Shown piece by piece: positions 1 through 8,414 of a stretch of 43,540 nucleotides of DNA. The position numbers and the translations under genes are program-made. The notes beneath the pieces were generated by a model, which saw nothing but the letters and a program-made list of their open reading frames with translations, did not search any database and was not told the DNA's origin. Source of the DNA: Candidatus Hodarchaeota archaeon. Its GTDB lineage: Archaea > Asgardarchaeota > Lokiarchaeia > Sigyniarchaeales > SOKP01. How positions within the stretch are numbered: the stretch's first letter is position 1; each line of letters starts with the position of its first letter. The stretch lies in NCBI GenBank assembly GCA_048886305.1, contig JBHLKV010000004.1, positions 1-43,540 on the forward strand, read 5' to 3'.

Positions 1-2
1 CA

Positions 3-1148
3 TTCAATTTAGTTAAATTTAATAAGGATACGTTTGAAGCTATAAGAGAAATTAGTAATACCTTAAATATCCCTTCGGAGTTAATCCAATATTCAGGATT
101 AAAAGATAAATGTTCTATTAGTTCTCAGAAAGTTTCTATTAAAGGAAATTTTATAGAAAAACTAAGAGATTTAAAATTTGATGATATACATATCAGAGAC
201 ATTAGTTCTTCTAAAAAATCTGTTAAATTAGGAAGTCATTGGGGCAATTATTTTACTATAGTAATCAGAAATATCGAAAACAAGGAAAATTTAGAAAATG
301 GGATTAAAGAAATATTAAATTTCTTAATTAAATATGGATTTCCGAATTACTTTGGCCTCCAGAGATTTGGTACCTTTAGACCGAATTCTCATTTAATTGG
401 TCGATATTTATTGGAAAACAATTACGAAAATGCTTTTAATGAATTTGTTATAGCTACTTATTCTACAGAGTCTCAGGAATCAATAAAAGTAAGAAAAAAC
501 CTAGAGAAGAACAAAAATTTTGAAAAAGCATACTTGAATTTACCATCTGGTCTATCCTATGAAAGAAAAATGCTTAAACATTTAATAGACAATCCAGGAG
601 ATTATGAAGGGTGCATATCAACTTTACCTTTTGATTTAAAGAGGTTGTTAATAAGTTCTTTCCAATCTTATCTATTTAATAAGATGATTTCTTTACGATA
701 TCATAAAGGTTTCTCTTTATTTGAACCTTTAAATGGTGATGTTATTAGCATATTAGACGATGAAAATGGTAATGTAACTCAAGTTAAATATATATATGGC
801 GGTGATTATGATGATTATCTAAAACGGGCTTTAAAGCTTAATCGGGCTGCTATTATCGCTCCTATTATTGGTTATGACACTGATATGGGCAAATTTCCAC
901 TCTTTAAAACTTTTTACGATGTTATTCTAGAACAGGAAAACATAGAACAAAATATTTTTAAACAAAAACTATTAGAAACAATCGAATTTAGAGGATCGAC
1001 TAGAGCGATGATGATAAAACCAGTTGCTTTAAAACTAATAGAAATTATAGATGATGAATTCCATAGGAACAGGAAAAAGGTAAAGATTGCATTTTCTATT
1101 CAAAAAGGGTCTTATGCCACGATGCTTCTTAGAGAAATTATTAAATAA
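3..1148 (+). CDS. truD: tRNA pseudouridine(13) synthase TruD, 5'-truncated by window edge
   Basis: Frame is open from base 3 (FNLVKFNKDTFEAIREIS...). Contains catalytic GLKDK, GFPNYFGLQRFG, SSFQSYLFN and C-terminal FSIQKGSYATMLLRE motifs. The ORF-track start at 411 is internal. Confidence 0.93.
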   Translation, partial: FNLVKFNKDTFEAIREISNTLNIPSELIQYSGLKDKCSISSQKVSIKGNFIEKLRDLKFDDIHIRDISSSKKSVKLGSHWGNYFTIVIRNIENKENLENGIKEILNFLIKYGFPNYFGLQRFGTFRPNSHLIGRYLLENNYENAFNEFVIATYSTESQESIKVRKNLEKNKNFEKAYLNLPSGLSYERKMLKHLIDNPGDYEGCISTLPFDLKRLLISSFQSYLFNKMISLRYHKGFSLFEPLNGDVISILDDENGNVTQVKYIYGGDYDDYLKRALKLNRAAIIAPIIGYDTDMGKFPLFKTFYDVILEQENIEQNIFKQKLLETIEFRGSTRAMMIKPVALKLIEIIDDEFHRNRKKVKIAFSIQKGSYATMLLREIIK

Positions 1149-2712
1149 TTCCATCGATATTGTATTCTTGAATTGTTTCAATACCAAAAATATCAATAAC
1201 TTTTATTAAAACATTATAGGATTTTTCTTTAGTGAAATTATAACCTATTGAGATTAGTTTTAAATCTCGATTTTTTGGAGTTCTATAGGAAAACCACATA
1301 ACCGTGAAAATATCACTTTTATTATCAAAATCTATTGCCCAATAATCGATCCAATCTGACCATTTTTTAATATTTTTTTTAAGTTTAACAGAAATTAAAT
1401 TTTCATAGGGAAAAGAATAGTCAATCAATTTAAAGAACATCATATTTTCCTTTTTTTCGATTTTTACTTTGAAACTAGGTTTTTCGAAAGTATTGAAATT
1501 AACTTTATGATCAACACTTTCTGCCAAGAATTCTGTTGGGATTAACTGTTTTTTTTCGGCTTTATTGATTTGATATATTTTAAATGGTCGAATACTTTTT
1601 CCATAAATATTTTTCCAATTTAATATATCATTACTATTATAAATATCGAGCAACCTTTTCTTTGTTATATGAATGGCGTGCATAGCTATATCGCAACCAA
1701 TCCAACGTCTACTAAGTTTTTCTGCAACTGCTAAAGTGGTACCTGAACCACAAAAAAAATCAGCAATAAGATCATTCTTATTTGTAGATGCTAATATAAT
1801 CCGTTTTAATAGGCGTTCTGGCTTTTGAGTGGAAAAACCTTGATATTCTATCGTATTTGCTCTTACATAGGGGATATCATTCCATACATCTCGCGGGAAA
1901 ATACCTTTTTCTTTGATATATACTTTTTGTGATAATTTCTTACCGTTATGACTTCCACCTCGATAATAATAAATCCCTTTCTCATCTTGCTTTAATGCTT
2001 TTTTGACTCGATCTGAATATTCCATGTAAATATTTGGATCATCATTAAAGGTGTAATCATTTGATTTAGTATAAAATAATAGAACATCAAAGGAACGTAT
2101 ATAGAATCGTCTGGTTTGGACAGAAGCAGCAGGATATGCCCATATTATTTCATTTCTAAAATTATCGACTCCAAAAAGTTCATCCATAAGTACCTTTATA
2201 TAATGACCCATATGCCAATCAAGATGTACGTAGATGCTTCCTTCTTGGCTTAGAAGTTCTTTCATTAACAACAACCTTTCATACATAAAATTAAGATATG
2301 ATTCAAAACCTTCTTTCCATGTATCACGATAAGCAGTTTTTCTTAACCATTTACTTGAACTTTTAGAAGCTTCACTTTCACCTATTTGTATAATATAATT
2401 AAAATCTCCACCTGTAGCAAAGGGCGGATCAAAATATATAAGGTTAACTTTTTCTCTAAAATTTTGTAATAAAAATTTCATTACTTCATAATTATCTGCC
2501 CAATAAAGCTGATTTTCCCAGCTTTGCTCTTTTTCAAGATTTATTACTTCATTTTCACCAATATGATAAATTAAATTAGGTTCTCGCCGAATATTTTCAT
2601 TTATAGGAGATATTATTGATTCGATTACTTTAAATTCACCCTTTTTCTCATGCTTCAATGAATTCAGAAATTCAGTAGCTTTTCTTTTGCCTTCCCAATT
2701 AAATTTTACCAT
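1141..2712 (-). CDS. Site-specific DNA methyltransferase (N6-A/N4-C, beta-class, type III Mod-like)
   Basis: Motif IV DPPF precedes motif I DFFCGSGTT; also GSIYVHLDW, NFRNEIIW, TQKPERLLKRII, and a Mod-like C-terminus (IDYWAIDF, VIDIFG). Confidence 0.88.
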   Translation of the reverse strand: MVKFNWEGKRKATEFLNSLKHEKKGEFKVIESIISPINENIRREPNLIYHIGENEVINLEKEQSWENQLYWADNYEVMKFLLQNFREKVNLIYFDPPFATGGDFNYIIQIGESEASKSSSKWLRKTAYRDTWKEGFESYLNFMYERLLLMKELLSQEGSIYVHLDWHMGHYIKVLMDELFGVDNFRNEIIWAYPAASVQTRRFYIRSFDVLLFYTKSNDYTFNDDPNIYMEYSDRVKKALKQDEKGIYYYRGGSHNGKKLSQKVYIKEKGIFPRDVWNDIPYVRANTIEYQGFSTQKPERLLKRIILASTNKNDLIADFFCGSGTTLAVAEKLSRRWIGCDIAMHAIHITKKRLLDIYNSNDILNWKNIYGKSIRPFKIYQINKAEKKQLIPTEFLAESVDHKVNFNTFEKPSFKVKIEKKENMMFFKLIDYSFPYENLISVKLKKNIKKWSDWIDYWAIDFDNKSDIFTVMWFSYRTPKNRDLKLISIGYNFTKEKSYNVLIKVIDIFGIETIQEYNIDGII

Positions 2713-2800
2713 ATTACCACTTAATAAGATGGCAAAAATTTAATTTTTATTCAACTTTATGCAAAATTAATTATTAAAAATTACAATTGGTTACAGAATA

Positions 2801-4120
2801 ATGCTGGATGAGTTAGGTGATTGGAGAAAAACGCATTATACAAAAGAAGTTTCTCCTGAATTAGATGACCAAGAAATCATATTAGGTGGATGGGTTAGAA
2901 ATTATAGAGATTTGGGTGGTTTAAAATTCATAAATCTTCAAGATAAGTACGGAGAACGTCAAATTACTTTAAAAAAAGGTGAAGTTTCTGATGAGCTTTT
3001 TGAAAAAGCCAAGCTTGGATATCAATATTGTATTATGGTTAAAGGTAGAGTTAAAACCTTCAAAAAAGCTCCAGGAGGAGTCGAGATAATCCCCTCAGAG
3101 ATAAAAATCCTAAATAAAACTCCTGAAAAACTTCCTATTGATATGACAGGCGAAACTATATCGGAACTAGATTTGAGATTAAATAATCGACCTTTGGATC
3201 TAAGATCACAGAGAAATCAAGCAATTTTTGATATTAGAGGCCAAGTGTTAAATTCTATTAGAAAATTTTTAACTGAGAGAGACTTTACTGAAATAACAAC
3301 TCCAAAAATAATTGGCTCTGCCACAGAAGGAGGTACAGAGTTATTTCCGATTATGTATTTTGATAAAGAAGCTTTTTTGACACAATCTGCTCAACTTTAT
3401 AAAGAACAACTTAGTGGTGTTTACGAACGAGTTTATGAAATTAGCCCCGCTTTTAGGGCAGAGAAAAGTCGTACAAAGCGACATGTATGTGAAATTTTTA
3501 CTTTAGATGTAGAGATGGCTTTTTCAAATATGTATGATGTTCTAAAGGTATTAGAAGAATTAGTTCATGATGTTATTAAGGATATCAGAGAGAATCAAAT
3601 TACTGCTTTAAAATTTCTAAATATGGAGAATAGAACTATTATTCCTGAAATTCCTTTTCCCAGATATAAATATGATGAGATTCTTGAACTAATAGAAAAG
3701 AAATTTAGTCTCAATATAGAATGGGGTGAAGATATATCAACCGAAGCTTATCGTAAATTAGGCGATGAATTAACAGAATATTATTATATTACTCACTGGC
3801 CGATGATGATAAAGCCATTTTATATTTTACCTTCAAAAGATCCAAAATATAGCGAATCTTTCGACCTCCAAATGGGATGGCTTGAATTAACTTCAGGTGG
3901 AACGCGAGTTCATAATAAAGATCAGTTAATTGCTGCACTTGAATCTAAAGGCTTAACCTCTCTATCCTTTAAGTCCCACCTTAAAGCATTTGATTTCGGA
4001 ATGCCTCCTCATGCCGGATTTGGCTTAGGAATAGACCGTTGGATTACGTTCTTATGCGGGTTAGATGATATTCGGGAATCAATACTTTATCCACGTACTC
4101 CAGATCGCTTAACTCCTTAG
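2801..4120 (+). CDS. aspS: Aspartate--tRNA ligase (archaeal type)
   Basis: OB-fold [20 protein letters not shown], motif 2 FRAEKS..RH, motif 3 [15 protein letters not shown]-terminal [10 protein letters not shown]. Confidence 0.96.
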   Translation: MLDELGDWRKTHYTKEVSPELDDQEIILGGWVRNYRDLGGLKFINLQDKYGERQITLKKGEVSDELFEKAKLGYQYCIMVKGRVKTFKKAPGGVEIIPSEIKILNKTPEKLPIDMTGETISELDLRLNNRPLDLRSQRNQAIFDIRGQVLNSIRKFLTERDFTEITTPKIIGSATEGGTELFPIMYFDKEAFLTQSAQLYKEQLSGVYERVYEISPAFRAEKSRTKRHVCEIFTLDVEMAFSNMYDVLKVLEELVHDVIKDIRENQITALKFLNMENRTIIPEIPFPRYKYDEILELIEKKFSLNIEWGEDISTEAYRKLGDELTEYYYITHWPMMIKPFYILPSKDPKYSESFDLQMGWLELTSGGTRVHNKDQLIAALESKGLTSLSFKSHLKAFDFGMPPHAGFGLGIDRWITFLCGLDDIRESILYPRTPDRLTP

Positions 4121-4163
4121 TTTATTAAAATCTAAAATTACTAACATTGTCAATATTTAAATT

Positions 4164-5087
4164 ATGAGTGAAGATTATATTCAAGATTATATTAAGGCTG
4201 GAAAAGCAGTAATAGCTGCCAAGAAGTTAGCAAGGAAACTCATTCATCCGGGGGCTTTATTTTTAGAAATTGCTAATAATTGCGAAGCTGAAATAATAAA
4301 AAACGGGGCAAGTTTATCCTTTCCTATTAATATGTCTTTAAATGAGATAGCTGCTCATTATAGCCCACCAATTGATGATGATACTATTGTTCCAGAAAGT
4401 GGTTTGCTAAAAATTGATTTGGGGGCTCATTATAATGGATATATTGCAGATTCTGCTTTTACAGTTAATATTGATGAAGATCCAAAGCTACAAAATTATA
4501 TTGATGCCGCAGAAGAAGGTCTTGAAGCTGCAATTGCGCTCTTTAAGCCAGGCACTAAATTATATGAGTTAGGAGGTGCAATTGAAGAAAAAATTAAAAA
4601 TTTTGGTTTAAAACCAATTAGAAATCTTGGTGGTCATGAATTAAAGCAATATAATCTCCATGCAGGTTCATTTATACCAAATTATTTAGAAAAAAGTCAT
4701 AACAATATATTAAAAGCCGGAGATGCATTTGCATGTGAACCATTCGCAACTTCAGGAGAAGGATTTGTTGAAAATGGAAAACATGCCTATATCTATCGAT
4801 TTGTGAAAAGAGTTAAGAAAAATATGTCCTATGAGCTACAAAACTATATGAATAAAATTGAACAAAATTTCAAACGACTTCCATTTTCTCCAAGATGGAT
4901 CGAAAATAGCAATTTAATACCTAAGAGTAGAATAATGAGAATTATCGTTGATGATTTTCAAAACAAATATCATATCCTCGATAAATATCCTATTTTAATA
5001 GAAAGAAGACGTGAACCAGTAGCTCAACAAGAACATACAATAGTAATTGATTGGGAAGGGAATACAATTGTCACCACTAAAGAATGA
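4164..5087 (+). CDS. map: Type II methionine aminopeptidase
   Basis: SFPINMSLNEIAAHY, KIDLGAHYNGYIADSAFT, NLGGH, EPF, AQQEHT metal-ligand motifs. Confidence 0.95.
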   Translation: MSEDYIQDYIKAGKAVIAAKKLARKLIHPGALFLEIANNCEAEIIKNGASLSFPINMSLNEIAAHYSPPIDDDTIVPESGLLKIDLGAHYNGYIADSAFTVNIDEDPKLQNYIDAAEEGLEAAIALFKPGTKLYELGGAIEEKIKNFGLKPIRNLGGHELKQYNLHAGSFIPNYLEKSHNNILKAGDAFACEPFATSGEGFVENGKHAYIYRFVKRVKKNMSYELQNYMNKIEQNFKRLPFSPRWIENSNLIPKSRIMRIIVDDFQNKYHILDKYPILIERRREPVAQQEHTIVIDWEGNTIVTTKE

Positions 5088-5919
5088 CCTTAAAGATAAA
5101 TTATCTGTTGTCATTTTATGTGCTGGAGAGGGAACAAGACTTAAAAAAATTACAAAAATAACTCCAAAGCCATTAATAAAAATAGTAAAATTAAATGGTA
5201 TTTCAATTCTCCATCATACTATTAATAATTTAATTAAATTTGAAATAAGCAAAATTGGAATTACTATTGGTTATTTAGGAGATATTATCCATGATTTTAT
5301 TTCGACTTTTAAAAAAAATAACCAAAACTTACAAGATAAATTAATAATAATAGATACTGAAAATCAGTATAAATTTGGTCCACTGTACTCATTTTTATCG
5401 ATAACCAAAAATCATGATTTCTTTTCATCGAGCAATTACTACTTAGTAATTCCAGGTGATACTATTTTTGATTATAACATATTCAAAGACGTTTTATCTA
5501 TACTTTCTAATAACTTTCATTCAATTAAGGAATATCCTTTTGTATTTTATAGGAAGATAGGATTAAAACCATTAGAAAAACTATATGATATAACTAGAAT
5601 GATTTCTAATGCTGAAATTGCAAAAATAGGTTCAGAAATTATTTTAAGAAAAATTTCTCAATTAAAAGTTGGGGAAATTACTCCTGATAATGTTTTAAAT
5701 CAATTAATACCTATTAATGTATTTAGTTACGATTCAATTAATGAAATCTTAAATTTAAATCGAGAAAAATTAAGTAAAACAATTTGGGAAACTTTAAACT
5801 ATATGATTTTTAATGGAAAGAAAGTCCTTGCTTTTGAAATTGAGAATAAATACGATTTTTATGATATTGATTATGCAGATGATACAAAAAAAATCAAAAA
5901 AAAAAAAGATGGACAATAG
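5068..5919 (+). CDS. NTP-transferase family (sugar-phosphate nucleotidyltransferase-like)
   Basis: VILCAGEGTRL...TPKPLI signature, GD motif, C-terminal YDID. Start uncertain (TTG 5047 or TTG 5068). Confidence 0.8.
   Translation: MSPLKNDLKDKLSVVILCAGEGTRLKKITKITPKPLIKIVKLNGISILHHTINNLIKFEISKIGITIGYLGDIIHDFISTFKKNNQNLQDKLIIIDTENQYKFGPLYSFLSITKNHDFFSSSNYYLVIPGDTIFDYNIFKDVLSILSNNFHSIKEYPFVFYRKIGLKPLEKLYDITRMISNAEIAKIGSEIILRKISQLKVGEITPDNVLNQLIPINVFSYDSINEILNLNREKLSKTIWETLNYMIFNGKKVLAFEIENKYDFYDIDYADDTKKIKKKKDGQ
5886..5907 (-). terminator. Oligo-U terminator of the putative ncRNA
   Basis: U12-GA-U8 on the minus strand immediately after the terminal helix; overlaps the lysine-rich tail of the convergent CDS. 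Confidence 0.55.
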
Positions 5920-6343
5920 GAACTCAGATTTTGCTCAGATTTGTAGTTAGTAAGAAATCAATGATTACATACCACTATGATCCAAATCTGTAATCAAAGC
6001 TCCTATTTTTAATGTTAGACTCTGTTTCAGTGTCTCGTGTTTCAAAAAAAAGTACACACTCGACAAGAATTTGGGTAACAAAGTCTGTGGGTCTCAATTT
6101 TCATTAGTAAATTAATGATTTGAGTGTAAATCCATTAAAGCTGTTATCAAGCGCTCGCTTGGATGTTTATCTTTAGTAAATAACTTTAGAAAAGATACAG
6201 AGTATTTGCTTACTCCTGAAATATCAAATAAAAAATTATTGTCGTAAAAAACGGTTACATTAGAAAAATTGTTACAACTTTGTCGATATTCGTATTGATT
6301 TTATGTAACTACTCCAATGCATTATTAGACCTATTATCCATCC
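5908..6343 (-). ncRNA. Putative novel ~435-nt structured non-coding RNA
   Basis: No ORF >=60 aa. The 5' end (6342-6330) pairs with the 3' end (5920-5908) over 13 bp with a U-G wobble on the minus strand only. About 10 further helices found by eye, plus an upstream TATA and a downstream U12 tract. Confidence 0.72.
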
Positions 6344-6366
6344 AATTAGATATATAACAATTTGAC

Positions 6367-6381
6367 TATTTAAATGTTATT
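6367..6381 (-). promoter_or_regulatory. Archaeal BRE/TATA promoter for the putative ncRNA
   Basis: Minus strand reads AATAACA-TTTAAATA; the box ends 24 nt upstream of G6343, typical archaeal spacing. AT-rich background lowers specificity. Confidence 0.55.
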
Positions 6382-6480
6382 ATTAATATTTAAAGATTAT
6401 TTATCCTTTTAAAGCACAAATTTTAAAGATTTTCTATTTTGAAATAATATATAAATCTGAATTCACTTTATTTATAAAAC

Positions 6481-6867
6481 ATGTCAGATCAAGGACAAAT
6501 ACCTATTAAAATTGAATTGTTTGGCATTGGATCGTTAGAAGGTCATATTATTCGGCATATAGCACCTCTTTCAGCAGACGTAATTCTTAATAAAATGCCT
6601 ATTATCCTTCGGGGACGATTTAGCTTCGGATCTAAAAAATACTGGACACTACCTGGTATAGAAATTTATAAAGGACTAAATCCTAAGTCAGTTTCAGAAG
6701 TCAAAGAGGGGGATATTGTATATAATCCTAAATCTGATGAATTAATAATAATTATAGAAGCTCTTGAAATGTCAAATAAGGTAAATATAGTAGGAAAAGT
6801 GGTAAGGAATCTAAAATTATTATTAAAAGCAAGGAATGGATTAACTACTAAAATTCTTAGGATATAG
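6481..6867 (+). CDS. Cyclophilin-like fold protein (TM1367/DUF369-like)
   Basis: APLSADVILNKMPI, VKEGDIVYNP, VNIVGKV pattern. Confidence 0.65.
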   Translation: MSDQGQIPIKIELFGIGSLEGHIIRHIAPLSADVILNKMPIILRGRFSFGSKKYWTLPGIEIYKGLNPKSVSEVKEGDIVYNPKSDELIIIIEALEMSNKVNIVGKVVRNLKLLLKARNGLTTKILRI

Positions 6868-6892
6868 ATTAAATAAAATACATAGTTTAAAC

Positions 6893-7678
6893 ATGGCTAT
6901 TTCGAGAAGTCTATCGATTGTGTTTCTGCTATTTTATGTTAGCGTTATAATATATTTGTTATTGTATTTATTTGTCCCCGATTTTCAAGAGGTTATAAAT
7001 AATTCAAGACAAAAATTAGCTTACATAACAGAGGGTACAAATTATTTTTGGGCACTTTTTATCTCCCTGTTTATATGTCTTCTTGGTAGTGCTAGTATCG
7101 GATTTCCTGTGCCTTTTCCCTTTATCCTCTTTTTCTTTTCAAATTCAATCATCGCAGAATTTGGGGGTAGTGGTGTAATACTAATCTTTGGACTTGGGAT
7201 CGCTGGTGGGTTAGGTGCTGCATTAGGCGAACTTACAAGTTTTTTATTGGGAAGAGGAGCTCAGAAAATTAGTTCTATATCTGAATCAAAAACTTTAGAA
7301 AATGTTCAGGGGTTTGGTAGATTAGTCTTAGAGCATCCAAAAAGTATGTATCTATATATATTTATTGCGGCAGCTCTTCCAATTCCGGATGATCCCCTAT
7401 GGATAGCTTTAGGAATGTCAAAGGAAAAAATAAATTTTGTTAAGTGCCTTCTTTTTGGATGGATTGGTAAAAATGTTACGACCTTATTTTATGTTTTTCT
7501 CCCCATTTTGATTAATTTAGGAATAGCTGCTTCTGAAGTCGAGCTTAATGATGTTTCAAGCGTTATAACTGAAGCATTAATGCTTATAGCTACTCTTACA
7601 ATTATGTTTTTTATTTTGGCATTTGATTGGAATAAGTTTATTGATAAAAGAAGTAAAACCAAAGCTAAAGAGGATTAA
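6893..7678 (+). CDS. DedA/VTT (SNARE-associated) family membrane protein
   Basis: GGLGAALGELTSFLLGRG and AALPIPDDPLWIALG motifs; multiple TM segments. Confidence 0.8.
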   Translation: MAISRSLSIVFLLFYVSVIIYLLLYLFVPDFQEVINNSRQKLAYITEGTNYFWALFISLFICLLGSASIGFPVPFPFILFFFSNSIIAEFGGSGVILIFGLGIAGGLGAALGELTSFLLGRGAQKISSISESKTLENVQGFGRLVLEHPKSMYLYIFIAAALPIPDDPLWIALGMSKEKINFVKCLLFGWIGKNVTTLFYVFLPILINLGIAASEVELNDVSSVITEALMLIATLTIMFFILAFDWNKFIDKRSKTKAKED

Positions 7679-7697
7679 AACAGAAGATTATATAGTG

Positions 7698-7868
7698 CTA
7701 TTGATTGTTATTTAAACAGTTTTTGCATACAAAGACAATTTTTCTTTTTTTTTTAGAATTTTCATCATAATAAACACGTTTATAAATAAAATTCTTACAT
7801 ATCTCACAAACTGCTTGAGTACGTGTTTCTTCTAATAATGGACCTAAATGTTTAAAATTAGTAGTCAT
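7698..7868 (-). CDS. Small C4 zinc-finger protein, 56 aa (not in ORF track)
   Basis: Translated by hand: MTTNFKHLGPLLEETRTQAVCEICKNFIYKRVYYDENSKKKRKIVFVCKNCLNNNQ*. Two CxxC pairs; ATG lies 4 nt after the Alba stop. Confidence 0.75.
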   Translation of the reverse strand: MTTNFKHLGPLLEETRTQAVCEICKNFIYKRVYYDENSKKKRKIVFVCKNCLNNNQ

Positions 7869-7872
7869 GGAA

Positions 7873-8199
7873 TTAAGTAAATGATTTCATTTTGAGCGTA
7901 ATTTCAATTTTAGAAATAAGATCCTTTTTGTTTTTATTATTTTCATTTTTTCTCCTGTAGTTTCCTCCTTGTCCTTTGTTAATAAATGGACGACTCCCCA
8001 AAGACACATTTGCGATTTCTAAACTAGGATACATTCTATGCTTAAGAATTTCTGCAACTTCTACGGCAGTACTGATTTCTTCCCCTTCTCCTTTTATTAA
8101 AAGGGCTTTTTTACCGCCCGATAATGCAAAAATCGCATCTTTTATTGTTTTTTCTTTTTCAGCTCTCTTTTTTATGATGAGTGTTGTTTCATTTGCCAT
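7873..8199 (-). CDS. Alba-family nucleic-acid-binding protein (divergent)
   Basis: IKGEGEEISTAVEVAEILK and ISKIEITL match Alba KARG.AIS.AVDVAE and VS.IEI.L patterns. Confidence 0.8.
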   Translation of the reverse strand: MANETTLIIKKRAEKEKTIKDAIFALSGGKKALLIKGEGEEISTAVEVAEILKHRMYPSLEIANVSLGSRPFINKGQGGNYRRKNENNKNKKDLISKIEITLKMKSFT

Positions 8200-8414
8200 G
8201 ATAGAAAATCAGTAGTAAAAATATTTTCTAATTAATTGAAAAGAAGTATGATATAACAATTAATACTCCAATTAATATAAAATTTTGTTAAATTCTTAAA
8301 CTGATATAAGATCTCGCAATATTTAAGTTTTAAAAAAAGATTTGAAAAAATATTCAATATGTCGAATGTTCTTAATATCTAATTAAGATATTTCAAGAAA
8401 TTAATTTAAATAAA

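Noticed and set aside
5921-5940. Two AAAUCUGAG copies (CUGA, box D-like) near the RNA 3' end suggesting a C/D sRNA
   Set aside because: No convincing RUGAUGA box C at the 5' end, and the RNA is far longer than archaeal C/D guides.
5908-6343. RNase P RNA, SRP RNA or tmRNA identity for the structured RNA
   Set aside because: No GAGGAAAGUCC / ACAGAA..CGGCUUA P4 strands, no SRP helix-8 CAGG..GGAA..AGCA motif, and no tRNA-like ends. A very divergent form cannot be excluded without Infernal.
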